From Octopus sinensis (taxonomy: Eukaryota), in assembly GCF_006345805.1 (NCBI RefSeq), contig NC_042999.1, positions 27,838,001 through 27,902,000 of the forward strand: a DNA stretch of 64,000 bases, read 5' to 3'. The notes beneath the pieces are model-generated. The model did not search any database and was not told where the DNA came from. It was given only the letters and a program-made list of their open reading frames with translations. The translations under genes and the position numbers were made by a program. Below, in pieces: positions 1 to 12,800 of this stretch (the first letter of the stretch is position 1; the number at the start of each line of letters is the position of its first letter).

Positions 1-547
1 AAGTACAAGTTGCGTACTGGGGTCGATCAACAACAACAAATCTCAATATACTACAAACCACACTAAATAGCGCGCTACACCTCCTAAAACAATATGTCTG
101 CCACTCAAACCAGATAATGAAGGTTCACGTCGAAATGGTTAGAGTACTGCGCTTACGACCGTAAGACCATGGTTTCGATTCCAGGACCAGGCAGTGCGTT
201 GTGTTCTTCAGTTCAGTCCACACATCTGTAAATGTGTAACCGTGTGACGGACTGGCATCCCGTCCAAAGGCGTATGTTGTGATCTCGGTCGTTCTTACGC
301 CATGGAAACCAAGCAACCGGCTTATATGTCCTACGACTCGAGTCAGTAACAACGATGTGTCAACCGATAGATGCTGAATAATAAATAGATAAAAGCAACC
401 ACATAAAATATTCAGTCAGATATTTTTCTGCAGCATCAATAATTTCATTAATCCTTTTGCTTGGATACACGCCAGTAGCAGGTGAGAATGAGTGATAACT
501 ATCGCATAATGAATAATTCAACCATGACCGCCTCTTCTGTGGCTGCC

Positions 548-634
548 TTAGAGTCTACTGGCAAATATTTTCATTCCAGATCGGAAATATTTGAAGTAAG
601 TTTGCCTCAAGATTCTCAGCCGGAGATGAAATTC
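548..634 (-). CDS. Possible terminal exon (EFHLRLRILRQTYFKYFRSGMKIFASRL*) of the same gene
   Basis: Moderate acceptor (TTACATTGTGCGCAG); phase 0 matches the preceding exon; no homology recognised. Confidence 0.2.
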   Translation of the reverse strand, partial: EFHLRLRILRQTYFKYFRSGMKIFASRL

Positions 635-685
635 CTGCGCACAATGTAATCAAATACATATGTATATTAATATATTTGTAATTTA

Positions 686-1062
686 AGGCGGTGAGCTGGC
701 AGAAACGTTAGCACGTCGGGCGAAATGCATCTGCCGCTACGTTCTGAGTTCAAATTCCGCCGAGGTCGACTTTGCTTTTCATCCTTTCGGGGTCGATTAA
801 ATAAGTACCAGTTACGCACTGGAGTCGATGTAATCGACTTAATCCCTTTGTCTGTCCTTGTTTGTCTCCTCTGTGTTTAGACCCTTGTGGGTAGTAAAGA
901 AATAGGTATTTCGTCTGCCGCTACGTTCTGAGTTCAAATTCCGCCGAAGTCGGCTTTGCCTTTCTTCCTTTCTAGGTCGATAAATTAAGTATCTGTTGCG
1001 TACTGGGGTCGATCAAATCGACCGGTCTCCTCCCCGCAAATTTCGGGCATTGTGCCTAGTGT
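686..1062 (+). mobile_element. tRNA-headed SINE family A, dimeric
   Basis: Head GGCGGTGAGCTGGCAGAA, B-box GAGTTCAAATTCC; a second headless unit starts at ~908. Confidence 0.85.
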
Positions 1063-1089
1063 AGAAAAGAATGTATTTGTAACTAAAAC

Positions 1090-1300
1090 GGCGGTGAGCT
1101 GGCAGACTCTTTAGCACACCGGACAAAATGCTTGGCGGCATTTCGTCCGTCTTTTTGTTCTGAGTTCAAATTCCACCGAGGTCGATTTTACTTTTCATGA
1201 TTTCGGGGTTCATAAGATAAATACCTGTTGATGACTGGGGCTGATATAATCGACTGATTTCTTCTTGAAAATTGCTGGCCGTGTGCCCAAATTTTAAACC
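1090..1300 (+). mobile_element. SINE family A, diverged, alternative tail
   Basis: Same head and B-box. Confidence 0.8.
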
Positions 1301-2179
1301 ATTACACATGTATCTATATATGTATAACTATAGGAATATATATTGATGTTGTTGCGAAATATAACATATGTATGAAATATATGCAGGTGTTATAAAATGT
1401 AGATATACATACATGAGCAGACCAGTTCATAACAGACAGATAGTCTGACCAAATTTATTATTTATTAAGCCTTTCAAGTCTTCGTCTTTCATATACATTT
1501 ACTTTTTACTTAACTTTGCTTGTCGTTCTCTCGCCTTTCTTTTTCCCTTCTTTCTCTCCCTCTCTATTCTTCCCCCTCTCTCGTGCTTCACTTCTGTTTC
1601 TCTCTCTCTCTCTCTGCCTTTCTTACACCACAACTACCTCTGATTTTACTTCCCTATAGCTTTTCTCCAACCAACTGTATCACAGTCTTGCTGTGTACCT
1701 CAATTATTTTTACCCCACCCTCTTCTCTCTTTCGCTCTCTTACCTATGTACCATTTCTCGTTTTGTTCCCCTACTTCTACTTACTCTTTCCTCTCTTCTC
1801 CATTATTTCTCTCTCTCTCTCTCTCTCTCCCTTCTGCTCCTTTCGTTTCTACTCTCAATGGCAACAATAAAGCCACCTCCTTTATCTTAATCCAGCTTAA
1901 ATCTCTGTGTAGAGACCCCGATACACAACAAAACCTCAACGTCCACCCCACCACCACACACACAATCTCCCTCCCTTCTAACTGATAAATGATTATCACA
2001 AATGTATATCTACAGGTGAGCGCTAACACAGAAGGGGGTAAACTATTCGTAGAGGAGGGGGATAGGTTGGCTGGGGTTAGAGAATGTGAAGTTGGGTGTG
2101 ATGAATTACAATTAACATCGCCATCAACATTATTATTGTCACCGTTGTCGTCGTCGTCGTCTGGATCATCAACATCTTG

Positions 2180-2215
<36 letters not shown>

Positions 2216-2233
2216 GAAATCAGAATTGTTGAT

Positions 2234-2616
2234 GTAGGAGTGGCTGTGTGGTAAGTAGCTTGCTTACCAACCACATGGTCCCGGGTTCAGTCACACTGCG
2301 TGACACCTTGGGCAAGTGTCTTCTACTATAGCCTCGGGCCGATCAAAGCCTTGTGAGTGGATTTGGTAGACGGAAACTGAAAGAAGCCCGTCGTATATAT
2401 GAATATATATATGTGTGTGTGTGTTTGTCCCCCCCCCCAACATCGCTTGACAACCGATGCTGGTGTATTTACGTCCCTGTAACTTAGCAGTTCGGCAAAA
2501 GGGACCGATAGAATAAGTACTGGGCTTACAAAGAATAAGTCCCCGGGTCGATTTGCTCGACTAAAGGCGGTGCTCCAGCCTGGCCGCAGTCAAATGACTG
2601 AAACAAGTAAAAGAGT
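2234..2616 (+). mobile_element. tRNA-headed SINE family B (central microsatellite, tail ending GAAACAAGTAAAAGAGT)
   Basis: Head AGGAGTGGCTGTGTGGTAAG, B-box GGTTCAGTCC, CCTTGGGCAAGTGTCTT domain. Confidence 0.9.
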
Positions 2617-3087
2617 GACAGAGTAAAGAATATTCTTTTTACTGATTTCAGTGGTCGGAACACGGCCATACTGGGACACCACAATTACAGGTTATTCATC
2701 AAACGCATCGACTTTAGTGCTTGTTTCAGTTTAGTATTTATTTTATCAATCTCTGATTATGAAGATGCTAAGTTATGATTGACGGAGGCAGTATAATTTA
2801 CTAGTTTTACACCGATAACCATAAAGACACACACGCGCAATCAAATACTGAAACAATCGAATATACACATATAAAAGCTTGTAATTTGAGAAAATTCGAA
2901 TTATTCATTAAATGAGGAAACGTGATCTTCGAAAACTGCGGGATGTTTAAGTTCTATACGGTAAAATACGCTGAGGTGATCTCATCTGTAATGTCTGTGG
3001 TAATATCAGACTTTCAAAAGCCAGTCTTGTCACCCGTGTAACATTAGAGGTTAGGAGACCAACATGAGGAATATATATATATGTATG

Positions 3088-3170
<83 letters not shown>

Positions 3171-3693
3171 AAGTTCCAACAAGCCAAGCGGAGTTTTGCT
3201 ATGTTTTACGTTAAAAGTTGCGCTAATCTACTGCCAGGTTCAAAATTCTCCAAAGTCTGTGTCGAGGAACTCCTTAACCAAATGCTACATTCGATCTTCA
3301 GTCAATAGAATAGCCTTTTATTAGAATAAAGCGCAAATATAAAGCGGGGGTGGACATATTTTCTGCGATAGACATTATACCAATTTCCAGGCTCGTAAAA
3401 TCCTTTGGTTTAATGCCCCAATATAAATATCACAAAAGTTTTAATAGAAATAGTTTTGGGCGCCGGCATGACTGTACAGTTAAGAAGTTCACTCCGTTAG
3501 GTTCAGTTCCACTGCATGGTACCTTGAACAATTGATTTCTACTATAGCCCGTCCCGACCAAACAATTGTTATTTGATTAAGTAGAAGGAGACTAAAAATA
3601 GCTTGTCATATGTGTGTATGTTTGTACTTTCTTGTTTTGACATCGCTTGATAAATTGCAAACAAGTATCAACGTCATACAAGCAGCGCCTCAC

Positions 3694-3820
3694 ATTTTTA
3701 ATCTTCTGTGGAAAATATGTCCCGTCTTTGGAAATTATTGCTTTGCTTGCAAACATACAAGGGCTGGTAACATCCGAGGTTCCGGCGTAGAAAGCTTGCC
3801 TCAACGAATTCCGTCGGACA
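3694..3820 (-). CDS. Putative internal coding exon (VRRNSLRQAFYAGTSDVTSPCMFASKAIISKDGTYFPQKIKN), unidentified protein
   Basis: Acceptor TTTCGTGTTTCCAG, donor AAT|GTGAGG, 127 nt open in the phase required by the 19336-19358 exon; non-repetitive, higher-GC sequence. Confidence 0.55.
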
Positions 3821-4929
3821 CTGGAAACACGAAAAAGTGGACGTCAAAATCATGGTGGTGTTGATGATGATGATGCTGGCAACAACAACGACAACAATTA
3901 TGATGATCATAACGATTGCTAAATTTAGCTTCGGGTATACACTTAATTCTGTAATAGAAGTACATATCAAATGTTATAATTTTAAGCAGCCATTTTAATT
4001 TTGTAGTCTCTAGTTACGTAACAATCTTGAAGTCGTAAATTATTCAGTTAATCAATTCATGCTTTTCGTAAGCGGGGGTTACTGTGCAAACATATTTGCT
4101 GATATATTTTTTCAATGATTTTTATTGTAGTACCTGAAAATACATATAAAGGATATTTTAATCAGTATTTGTTTGAAAAGTCCAGGGAGATTATGGGGCT
4201 CTAGTTTATCAAAATACATATGGTACTTAAAAATAATAATTTTAAGGGCTATAAACCTGCCGGGATTATATTACAAGTCAATCCTTATAAACAAGGTAAC
4301 AATACATGTAATCTTAGTCTCTCAGAGAAACACAATATGCAATTCTATAAAGTCTCCATCTTGAACAAACAAACGGAATTGTGTTTCATTCTTTGTCCCA
4401 AAGCAAAATTATTCAATAAATATCTTTTAATTAACTTTTGAAAGAAAATGAATAGTTGCGTAACACAATTATCCATGCTACTAGAATCAAAATATTTAAA
4501 GTATATTGGAGAACATTATTTTTAGCAATAGTTTATAAAGTATTACATTTACATATATCAAATATATCCTTTTATTTAATATGTTTATTTCAACAGTATT
4601 CGTAACTTTATATATATGTAATGTTGTTTAATTTATTAAATGGAACTAATTACTCGAAAATCTGTAAAGCGTGAAATTAGTACTAATAGTCGCAATAATT
4701 TCTGCCGAATTGTTTCTGCAGCTTTAAATACATACATACATACATACATACATACATACATACATACATACATACATACATACATACATACATACATAAA
4801 TACATACATACATACATACATACATACATACATACATACATAATGCATTCATACATATACACATATATGAGTTTGTGCGTGTATGTATGCATGTACACAC
4901 ACATATATACAACACATATATTATCGTTT

Positions 4930-5285
4930 TATCTTTTACTTCTTTCAACCATTAAACTAAGGCCATGCTGGGGCACCGCCTTGATGAATTTTTAATCGAA
5001 TGAATCGATCCCCAGTACTGTTTTACTCTTGGTATTTATTCTGTCGGTCACTTTTGACGAAACGCTAGGTTATGTGTAAATATGCACGAAAACTGGTTGT
5101 CAAGCGGTGGTGGGTGACACACAAAGATGCACACACACGCACACACATACAACGAGCTTCTTTCAGTTTCCGTCTAACAAATTCGATCATAAGGCTTTGG
5201 TGGTCCCAGGGCTATAACAGAAGGCACTTGCCAAGGTGCCATGTGATACAGAACCCGGAACCATGTGGTTGGGAATCAAGCTTAA
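4930..5285 (-). mobile_element. SINE family B, diverged
   Basis: Similarity to the other copies. Confidence 0.75.
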
Positions 5286-5541
5286 ACTATTAATTGTTTA
5301 TTGCTGTAGAAACATTCGGCAGATTTATTTATCATACCTTGTGTCTTCAAGCATTGACACAAGGTATGATATATATAAATCTGTCAAAATATTGTTTCCA
5401 CAGCTTTACGCTATAAGTAACTCATATTTAAATACTGTGTATAGTTAGTGAACGATATCTTTCTCTCTCTTGATGGAGTATTGCTTTCGTTGACCCTAGT
5501 AATAACAGAATAGTAAACTATATGTGTATGCATATATGTAA

Positions 5542-5936
5542 AGGAGTAGCTGTGTGGTAAGTAGCTTGCTTACGAACCACATGGTTCCAGGTTCAGTCAT
5601 ATTGCGTGGCATCTTGGGCAAGTGTCTTCTACTATAACCTCGGGCCGATCAAAGCCTTGTGAGTGGATTTGGTAGACGGAAACTGAAAGAAGCCCGTCGT
5701 ATATATGTATATGTATATATATATATGTGTGTGTGTTTGTGTGTCTGTGTTTGTCCCCCAACATCGCTTGACAACCGATGCTGGTGTGTTTACGTCCCCG
5801 AAACTTAGCGGTTCGGCAAAAGAGACCGATCGAATAAGTACTAGGTTTCCAAAGAATAATCCTGGGGTTGATTTGGTCGACTAAAGGCGGTGCTCCAGCA
5901 TGGCTGCAGTCAAATTACTGAAACAAGTAAAAGAGT
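5542..5936 (+). mobile_element. SINE family B
   Basis: Full match. Confidence 0.9.
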
Positions 5937-6894
5937 AAATGGAATATGAAAACAAAAGCAGTAAAAGTCAAAAGGATGTACACTGTGAATGTATTATAGG
6001 TTGACGCTCAGTTTAAGATAGACAAAAGAATGGTTGTGTGACGTTTCAAGCGTTGGTTTTTCGTCAGAAAGAGGAAAGGCTCGGAGAAAAGGAAAAGAAT
6101 AGTCCAAGAAAACACGTGTATGGTTACATAGTTGAAGTGACCGATATGTGTATATATGTATATATAATACTTATATGTATATTTCTGTGTGTGTGTGTTA
6201 GAAGCATACTATTTCCAAATAAGATATATGACTGGGCTACAGAACATACGACATGTTTTTCTGGACAGGATAGTGCTGAAAAATTCCTACGAGCCAGACG
6301 CTTCATTAGCCAAAATTGAACGAAAAAATACTAAGTACAAGACACAGTCGAGTTACAATATATAAATATTTGGTGACATTTTACTGAAATTAAGGCCGAA
6401 GGAAAAACTAAGAAACTGTTCCAATGATTTGCTCCCCGCAACACAGGACTAAATGATGGAAGTTTATCCGAAGATTTACGTAAAATTTCAGGCACATACC
6501 ACCCAGATTTTGTTGAAGCTATATATCATCGTGGTTTCCTTTTGAATGCCTCGATATTTCATTGAAGCTAAGACATGTTGTTTAATCTGCTGAATATGGA
6601 GTGAATATAGACCTAATTATTATTCTCCATGTATAAAATGCATACAGTTGTACACATATACGTAATAAACATTTATCACACGGGTATCCAATGATATCCA
6701 ATTGGTTTTGAACAAATATTTTTTTGAGCTGTAATACAATAGTTTAACAAAGCACCAAGTTACCTACATCAGAAGTGATTTATGTATGCATTTTGACCAT
6801 TAACTCTTATCTCTCAGTCAGTGTGTGTGTGTGTCTATGCAAAATGTATATGTGCATATATGTATGTGTGTATATATATGTATATATATATGTA

Positions 6895-6980
<86 letters not shown>

Positions 6981-7041
6981 GTTACATATGTACATAACAT
7001 ATATAGATACATACATACATATATATACAGACACACACACA

Positions 7042-7265
7042 TGAGCTGGCAGAATCGTTAGCACGCCGGGCGAAATGCGTAGCCGTATTTCGTCTGCTGT
7101 TCCGTTCTGAGTTCAAATTCCGCCGAGGTCGACTTTGCCTTTCATCCTCTCGGGGTCGATAAATAAAGTACCAGTTTCGCACTGGGTCGATGTAATCGAC
7201 TTAATCCCTTTGTCTGCCCTTGTTTGTCCCCTCTATGTTTAGCCCCTTGTGGGTAGTAAAGAAAT
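7042..7265 (+). mobile_element. SINE family A
   Basis: Full match to the other copies. Confidence 0.9.
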
Positions 7266-7303
7266 ATATATGTATATATCCCCCTCTCTCTCTCGATGGT
7301 ATA

Positions 7304-7390
7304 CAGTAATCCTTCGACTATCGCGGGTGTTACGTTCCACCCCACCCCCGCGATAAATGAATATCCGCGAAGTAGGACAGAGCTTTACTG
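7304..7390 (+). mobile_element. Miniature pogo/Tigger-like element, TA-flanked
   Basis: TA|CAGTAATCCTTCGACTATCGCGG...TTACTG|TA; resembles pogo/Tigger terminal sequence as I recall it. Confidence 0.45.
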
Positions 7391-7896
7391 TATATTTTTG
7401 ATATTAATTATTATAATTTGTATATATTTATTTTATCATAAATGCAAAATAACACCGAGGAATCGGTATATATATATATATATGTAACGGAAATGGAGTA
7501 GTTGGCTTTCACCAATTCCCTTTGAATAAAGGTTAAATATCATATGATTGGAGTGTCTTTTCTAAGGTAGCGTGCAGTGGCACTAAACTCGGAATCAGGT
7601 GGCTGCGAAGCCGTCATATTAGCCACGCAGATATGTCTGATGTAAAATATTACTATTTGCTTTCGGAGTATTTCCGCGTTAAGTCGTTAACAACCCAGAT
7701 TAACATTGCTATTCAATGTGGCACGATATGGCATTAGTGAAACATTCCCTATTATTACATCGGTGTCTTTATATAACAGCCCAGATCCACCTCGTCACCC
7801 CTCCCTTACAACGTCAAAACACAATATCATTAAGCACACGTGATGACACATAGAAACTATGCATATAAACATGTATACGTGTGCGTGCTTGTGCGT

Positions 7897-7979
<83 letters not shown>

Positions 7980-8007
7980 CACAAACACACACACACATAT
8001 GCATTAT

Positions 8008-8300
8008 TTATTTCTTTACTACCCACGAGGGGCTAAACACAGAGGGGACAAACAAGGACAGACAAACGGATTAAGTCGATTACATCGACCCCAGTGCGTA
8101 ACTGGTACTTAATTTATCGACCCCAGTGCGTAACTGGTACTTAATTTATCGACCCCAGTGCGTAACTGGTACTTACTTTATCGACCCCAAAAGGATGAAA
8201 GGCAAAGTCGACCTCGGCGGAATTTGAACTCAGAACGTAAAGGCAGACGAAATACGGCTATGCATTTCGCCCGGAGTGCTAACGGTTCTGCCAGCTCGCC
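8008..8300 (-). mobile_element. SINE family A with an internal 32-bp triplication
   Basis: ATCGACCCC recurs at 8084, 8116, 8148 and 8180. Confidence 0.9.
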
Positions 8301-8502
8301 GCAGTCTTCACAAGCTGTAACTGTAACTCAGAGTTTTATGTTGCTGTTCGTCAGTGATCACGAATGTCCGACGAAAAAAGTATCGTGAAACCCTATGTAA
8401 TAGTTTGTGAAGATTCTTTTTTTTTTCAGCTTAAAGCATATTACTCTACTTTCGGAATTCGAATACTAATTTTTTTCACCTTGTTTTGCATTTATGTGCT
8501 TA

Positions 8503-8543
<41 letters not shown>

Positions 8544-8852
8544 AATTTTATTTGGTAGCATTTATTCACTATCACGCATGTTACATTTACTAATAGGAGT
8601 TACAAAATTGTGCAGGTAGGGAAAATACGTAAGACATATCCTATTCGAAATTCTTAAGGCAGAGAATCAAATAATAAAAAAATTTACATTTGGATGAGGC
8701 ATTTATATATTGTCAGTAATAAATAATAACAAAACTTTTTCCAACCTCCTGTTTTAATATTATTGCTCTCAAAAAAATATTTTTCACAATATTTATCTCA
8801 TGCATACATCACAGAAATATTACATCTACATACTGATTTTTGTTTGTTTGTT

Positions 8853-9140
8853 TGTTCCTTCTCGAGCCATGCCTGGCTCATAAGGGCCGGTTTCCCGGTT
8901 TCTTCGCGTATAGGTTCCCCACCTGGACGGGACGCCGGTGAGCTGCAAGATACACGAGGAAAGAGTGAGAGAACGTTGTGGCAAAAAAGTCAGCAGAAGT
9001 TCGCCATTACCTTTTGCCGGAGCCGCGTAGAGCTTAGGTGTTTTCGCTCATAAACACACACATCACCCGGTCTGAGATTCGAACCCGCGATCCCTCGACC
9101 GCAAGTCCGCTGCTCTAACCACTAGGCCATGTGCCTCCAC
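8853..9140 (-). mobile_element. tRNA(Arg-like)-headed SINE family C
   Basis: Head GTGGAGGCACATGGCCTAGTGGTTAGAGCAGCGGAC, B-box GGTTCGAATC; tail GAAACCGG..CCCTTATGAGCC. Confidence 0.85.
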
Positions 9141-9198
9141 AACATACTGATTTGAAATAGTGGAACGGAAGACAGCTTGGATTTTAACCCTATCTACA

Positions 9199-9597
9199 TC
9201 TTTATATATAAAAGTAAGGTTGTGTACTGTCTGTCTCCTACGATTTAGATTGCTAACTACTCCCACATTTTGCGGTGCAGTTTAACCAAAACCGGGTATC
9301 TTATAGTCGTGATTCATATCGAGCCCTTCTGGGTATTAGCGCGCGTCTACGATGAGTCTACGATTTTAAAAAATATTTACCATCAATTTTTTCCCATTTT
9401 TAATGCATTTTTGGCATATATAAGGGAAGTAACTCTCTAAAACTGTATTATTAAATCTCAGAATGTAAAAAGCTACAGTAACACCCCCCCCCTTTGTGGT
9501 TAGCCATATTGAGATGGCTATTATACTTTACATCTCTAAGAATGCTTATATAGTTATTTCCCTTACAAACCCGAGCAACGCCGGGCGATACTGCTAG
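9199..9597 (+). mobile_element. Non-autonomous Helitron (~400 bp)
   Basis: 5' A|TC start (TCTTTATATATAAAAG), subterminal hairpin CCCG-AGCAACGC-CGGG, 3' CTAG followed by T; no TSD. Confidence 0.75.
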
Positions 9598-10061
9598 TTA
9601 TATATACTAGCCATCTACCCATCTACGATGGAGGCATAAAATGAGGGAAGTCATAACAGTAGTATGTATTGAGAATTCTGTAAATGGACTTGATAGATTA
9701 CTGGGTGTTGTCTTAGAGACATCACATCATTGCTGGTGATACAGCATTCTATTGCAGCTGTATGACACGTGTTTACGACGAAGTGATATGTGATGACGAT
9801 TCACTCCCGAACTGAAATAGACTCCCAGCATCTGAATTATGAATGGTTATGTGGATCACTCGTAACGAAAGCCAGAGCTTACTTCGGCCTCTACATAGAA
9901 AGTATTAAGGACAAAATGTTATTGAAATATACTTACGCTTGTTTATACCCTTACACATTCAAAGTTCACAAATTTCTTTATCTAAACTATGAATCATATT
10001 CCTCTTCGCTAATATCAATATGATTACAAAACTTCTTTGTAGACGATACTTTCTGTTTGGT

Positions 10062-10152
<91 letters not shown>

Positions 10153-10196
10153 CACACACACGCACACACACATATATATATATATATATAATAAAC

Positions 10197-10598
10197 ATTC
10201 TTTTATTTGTTTCAGTCGTTTGACTGGGCCATGCTGAAGCACTGCCTTGAAGTGTTGAAGTGTTTTTGTTAACCAATTCGACTCCATGATTTATTTGGAA
10301 GTTCTAGTACTTATTCTATCGGCCTCTTTACCGAACCGCTAAGGTACGGGGACGTAAACACACCAACAGTGGTTCTCAAGTGATGGTGGGGAGACAAACG
10401 CAGACACAATGACACACACACACAGATATATATATATATATATATATACGACGGGCGGTTTCCATCTTCCGTCTACCGATTCCACTCACAAGGCTTTGGT
10501 CGGACCAGGGAGAATAGTAGAAGACAGGAGCACAAGGTGTCACGCAGTGGGGCTGAATCCGGAACCTTATCGTTGGGAAGTAAACTTCTTATCATACA
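10197..10598 (-). mobile_element. SINE family B, diverged
   Basis: Similarity. Confidence 0.8.
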
Positions 10599-11434
10599 GC
10601 TACACTGTATGATAAGAAAATAGAAAAAATAGAAAAAGGTATAGTGGTTAGCGATCTATCATGGTGAATGCCGCAAATAAACTTTAATTTAAATGATTTC
10701 CCTAAAAATCTTATTTAGCTGTTATTTTTAGCACACCACACAACCACCTTAATGTTTAATGACAAAAAGAAACAAACATTAAACAAACAATTTAAATATG
10801 CTTAAAAAACAAGCATTTAAATTTCGGTTTAATTTTCAAAATGTCCTCCTGTTTTCAATGTTTCCTTAATAGAAGCGAAGTTACTGGAACTTGCTACCAT
10901 AATCACTCAGAACAGAGCGTCAAATTTGTTAACACGTGCTTCCTCGCAGATAAAAGATTTTACAAAGGCTGCTCGGATTCGCTTATTACTAAGTCAACAG
11001 GCACGTTGAGAGACAAAGGAGTTCTCATGTTCCGCTTCTTACTATCGAAACAGCCATGAATGTATCTGTCGCTTACGATTGGCTAAAATTGCCAAAACTT
11101 TTCAAACTTTAATTACTAAGAAGTCTTTATTAATTGATTTATAGCGAAGATTACTTTCACGTCATTAATTAGCCTATAAAAGTGTATCATTGCACTGAAT
11201 ATGAGATCAATTCGAACAGAAAATTGACGCTGGCAACCAAGCAGAAAAGATCCCATAGAATGACATGTACTAAAATAGACACGCACGCGCGCGCACATAC
11301 AAACACACACACTTGTGTGTCTATGTGTTTATGTATCTGTATGAGTGTGCTCTGCATTGTAGACAGGATTGTGTTCGAGTCCAAAGATTTTTTAAAACCT
11401 TCTCTCTTATTTTCCTTTTTAGCCTGTCATTTTC

Positions 11435-11467
<33 letters not shown>

Positions 11468-11834
11468 TTCTCTCCCTTTCCTTTTCTCGCCCCATTAACG
11501 CTTCAATCTCTTCTGAATGAAATCATGGTAGTAAGCGCTTTGTTGAAACCTTCTTTCTAAGACCGCTACATGTAATCACATGTACATGGAAACATAGACA
11601 TACAACATGAACAGTCAAGTTAATCCAATTATCAAGCAAAAATACTATTTCATAATTATTTATATTCAAATTACCATTTTCGTCAATGGAATATTTTAAA
11701 ATCAGACAGCTACTTAATTATGTGATTTAATGTTAATAATATAGTTGAAGAAACATATCCTTGGAGACCATTTTTGCATACTAAAAAGACGTACGTTAGT
11801 TCATGTTATTTATTGCTTGGATGATGGCAGCTTA

Positions 11835-12243
11835 CTCTTTTACTCTTTTACTTGTTTCAGTCATTTGACTGCAGCCATGCTGGAGCACCACCTTTAGTCG
11901 AGCAAATCGACCCCAGGACTTATTCTTTTTAAGCCCAGTACTTAATTTATCGGGCTGTTTTGCCGAACCGCTAAGTTACGGGGACGTAAACACATCAGTA
12001 TCGGTTGTCAAGCGATATTCGTACAAACACAGACACACAAACATATACACACACACATACGTATATATTATACATATATACGACGGGCTTCTTTCAGTTT
12101 CGTCTATCAAATCCACTCACAAAGCTTTGGTTGGCCCGAGACTATAGTAGAAGACACTTGCCCAAGGTGCCACGCAGTGGAACTGAAACCGGAACCATGT
12201 GGTTTGTAAGCAAGCTACTTACCACACAGCCACTCCTACGCCT
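11835..12243 (-). mobile_element. SINE family B
   Basis: Full match. Confidence 0.9.
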
Positions 12244-12409
12244 ACAAGTTTGTACAAGATTTTTTCATTTCATATTACTCACTGTATGTAAGACTCAACT
12301 ATATGTTTATTTAGAATGTAGAAGAGCCCCCTGAAGCATTTCTCCCAACCTTATTGTTGATATACATAATCAATGTCACTGCATCCCCGGTTTCTATCTC
12401 TCTCTCTTT

Positions 12410-12609
12410 CTTTTACTCTTTTACTTGTTTCAGTTATTTGACTGCGGCCATGCTGGAGCACCGCCTTTAGTCGAGCAAAATCGACCCCAGGACTTATTCT
12501 TTGTAAGCCCAGTACTTATTCTATCGGTCTCTTTTGCCGAACCGCTAAGTTACGGGGACGTAAACACACTAGCATCGGTTGTCAAGCGATGTTAGGGGGA
12601 CAAACACGG

Positions 12610-12666
<57 letters not shown>

Positions 12667-12800
12667 CGACGGGCTTCTTTCAGTTTCCGTCTACCAAATC
12701 CACTCACAAACCTTTGGTCGACCCGAATCTATAGTAGAAGACACTTGCCCAAGGTGCTACGCAGTGGGACTGAACCTGGAACCATGTGGTGGTAAGCAAA
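12410..12800 (-). mobile_element. SINE family B, head truncated
   Basis: Match. Confidence 0.9.

Noticed and set aside
9063-9140. tRNA gene
   Set aside because: tRNA-like A/B boxes continue directly into a SINE body and lack an acceptor stem; the same applies to all SINE heads here.
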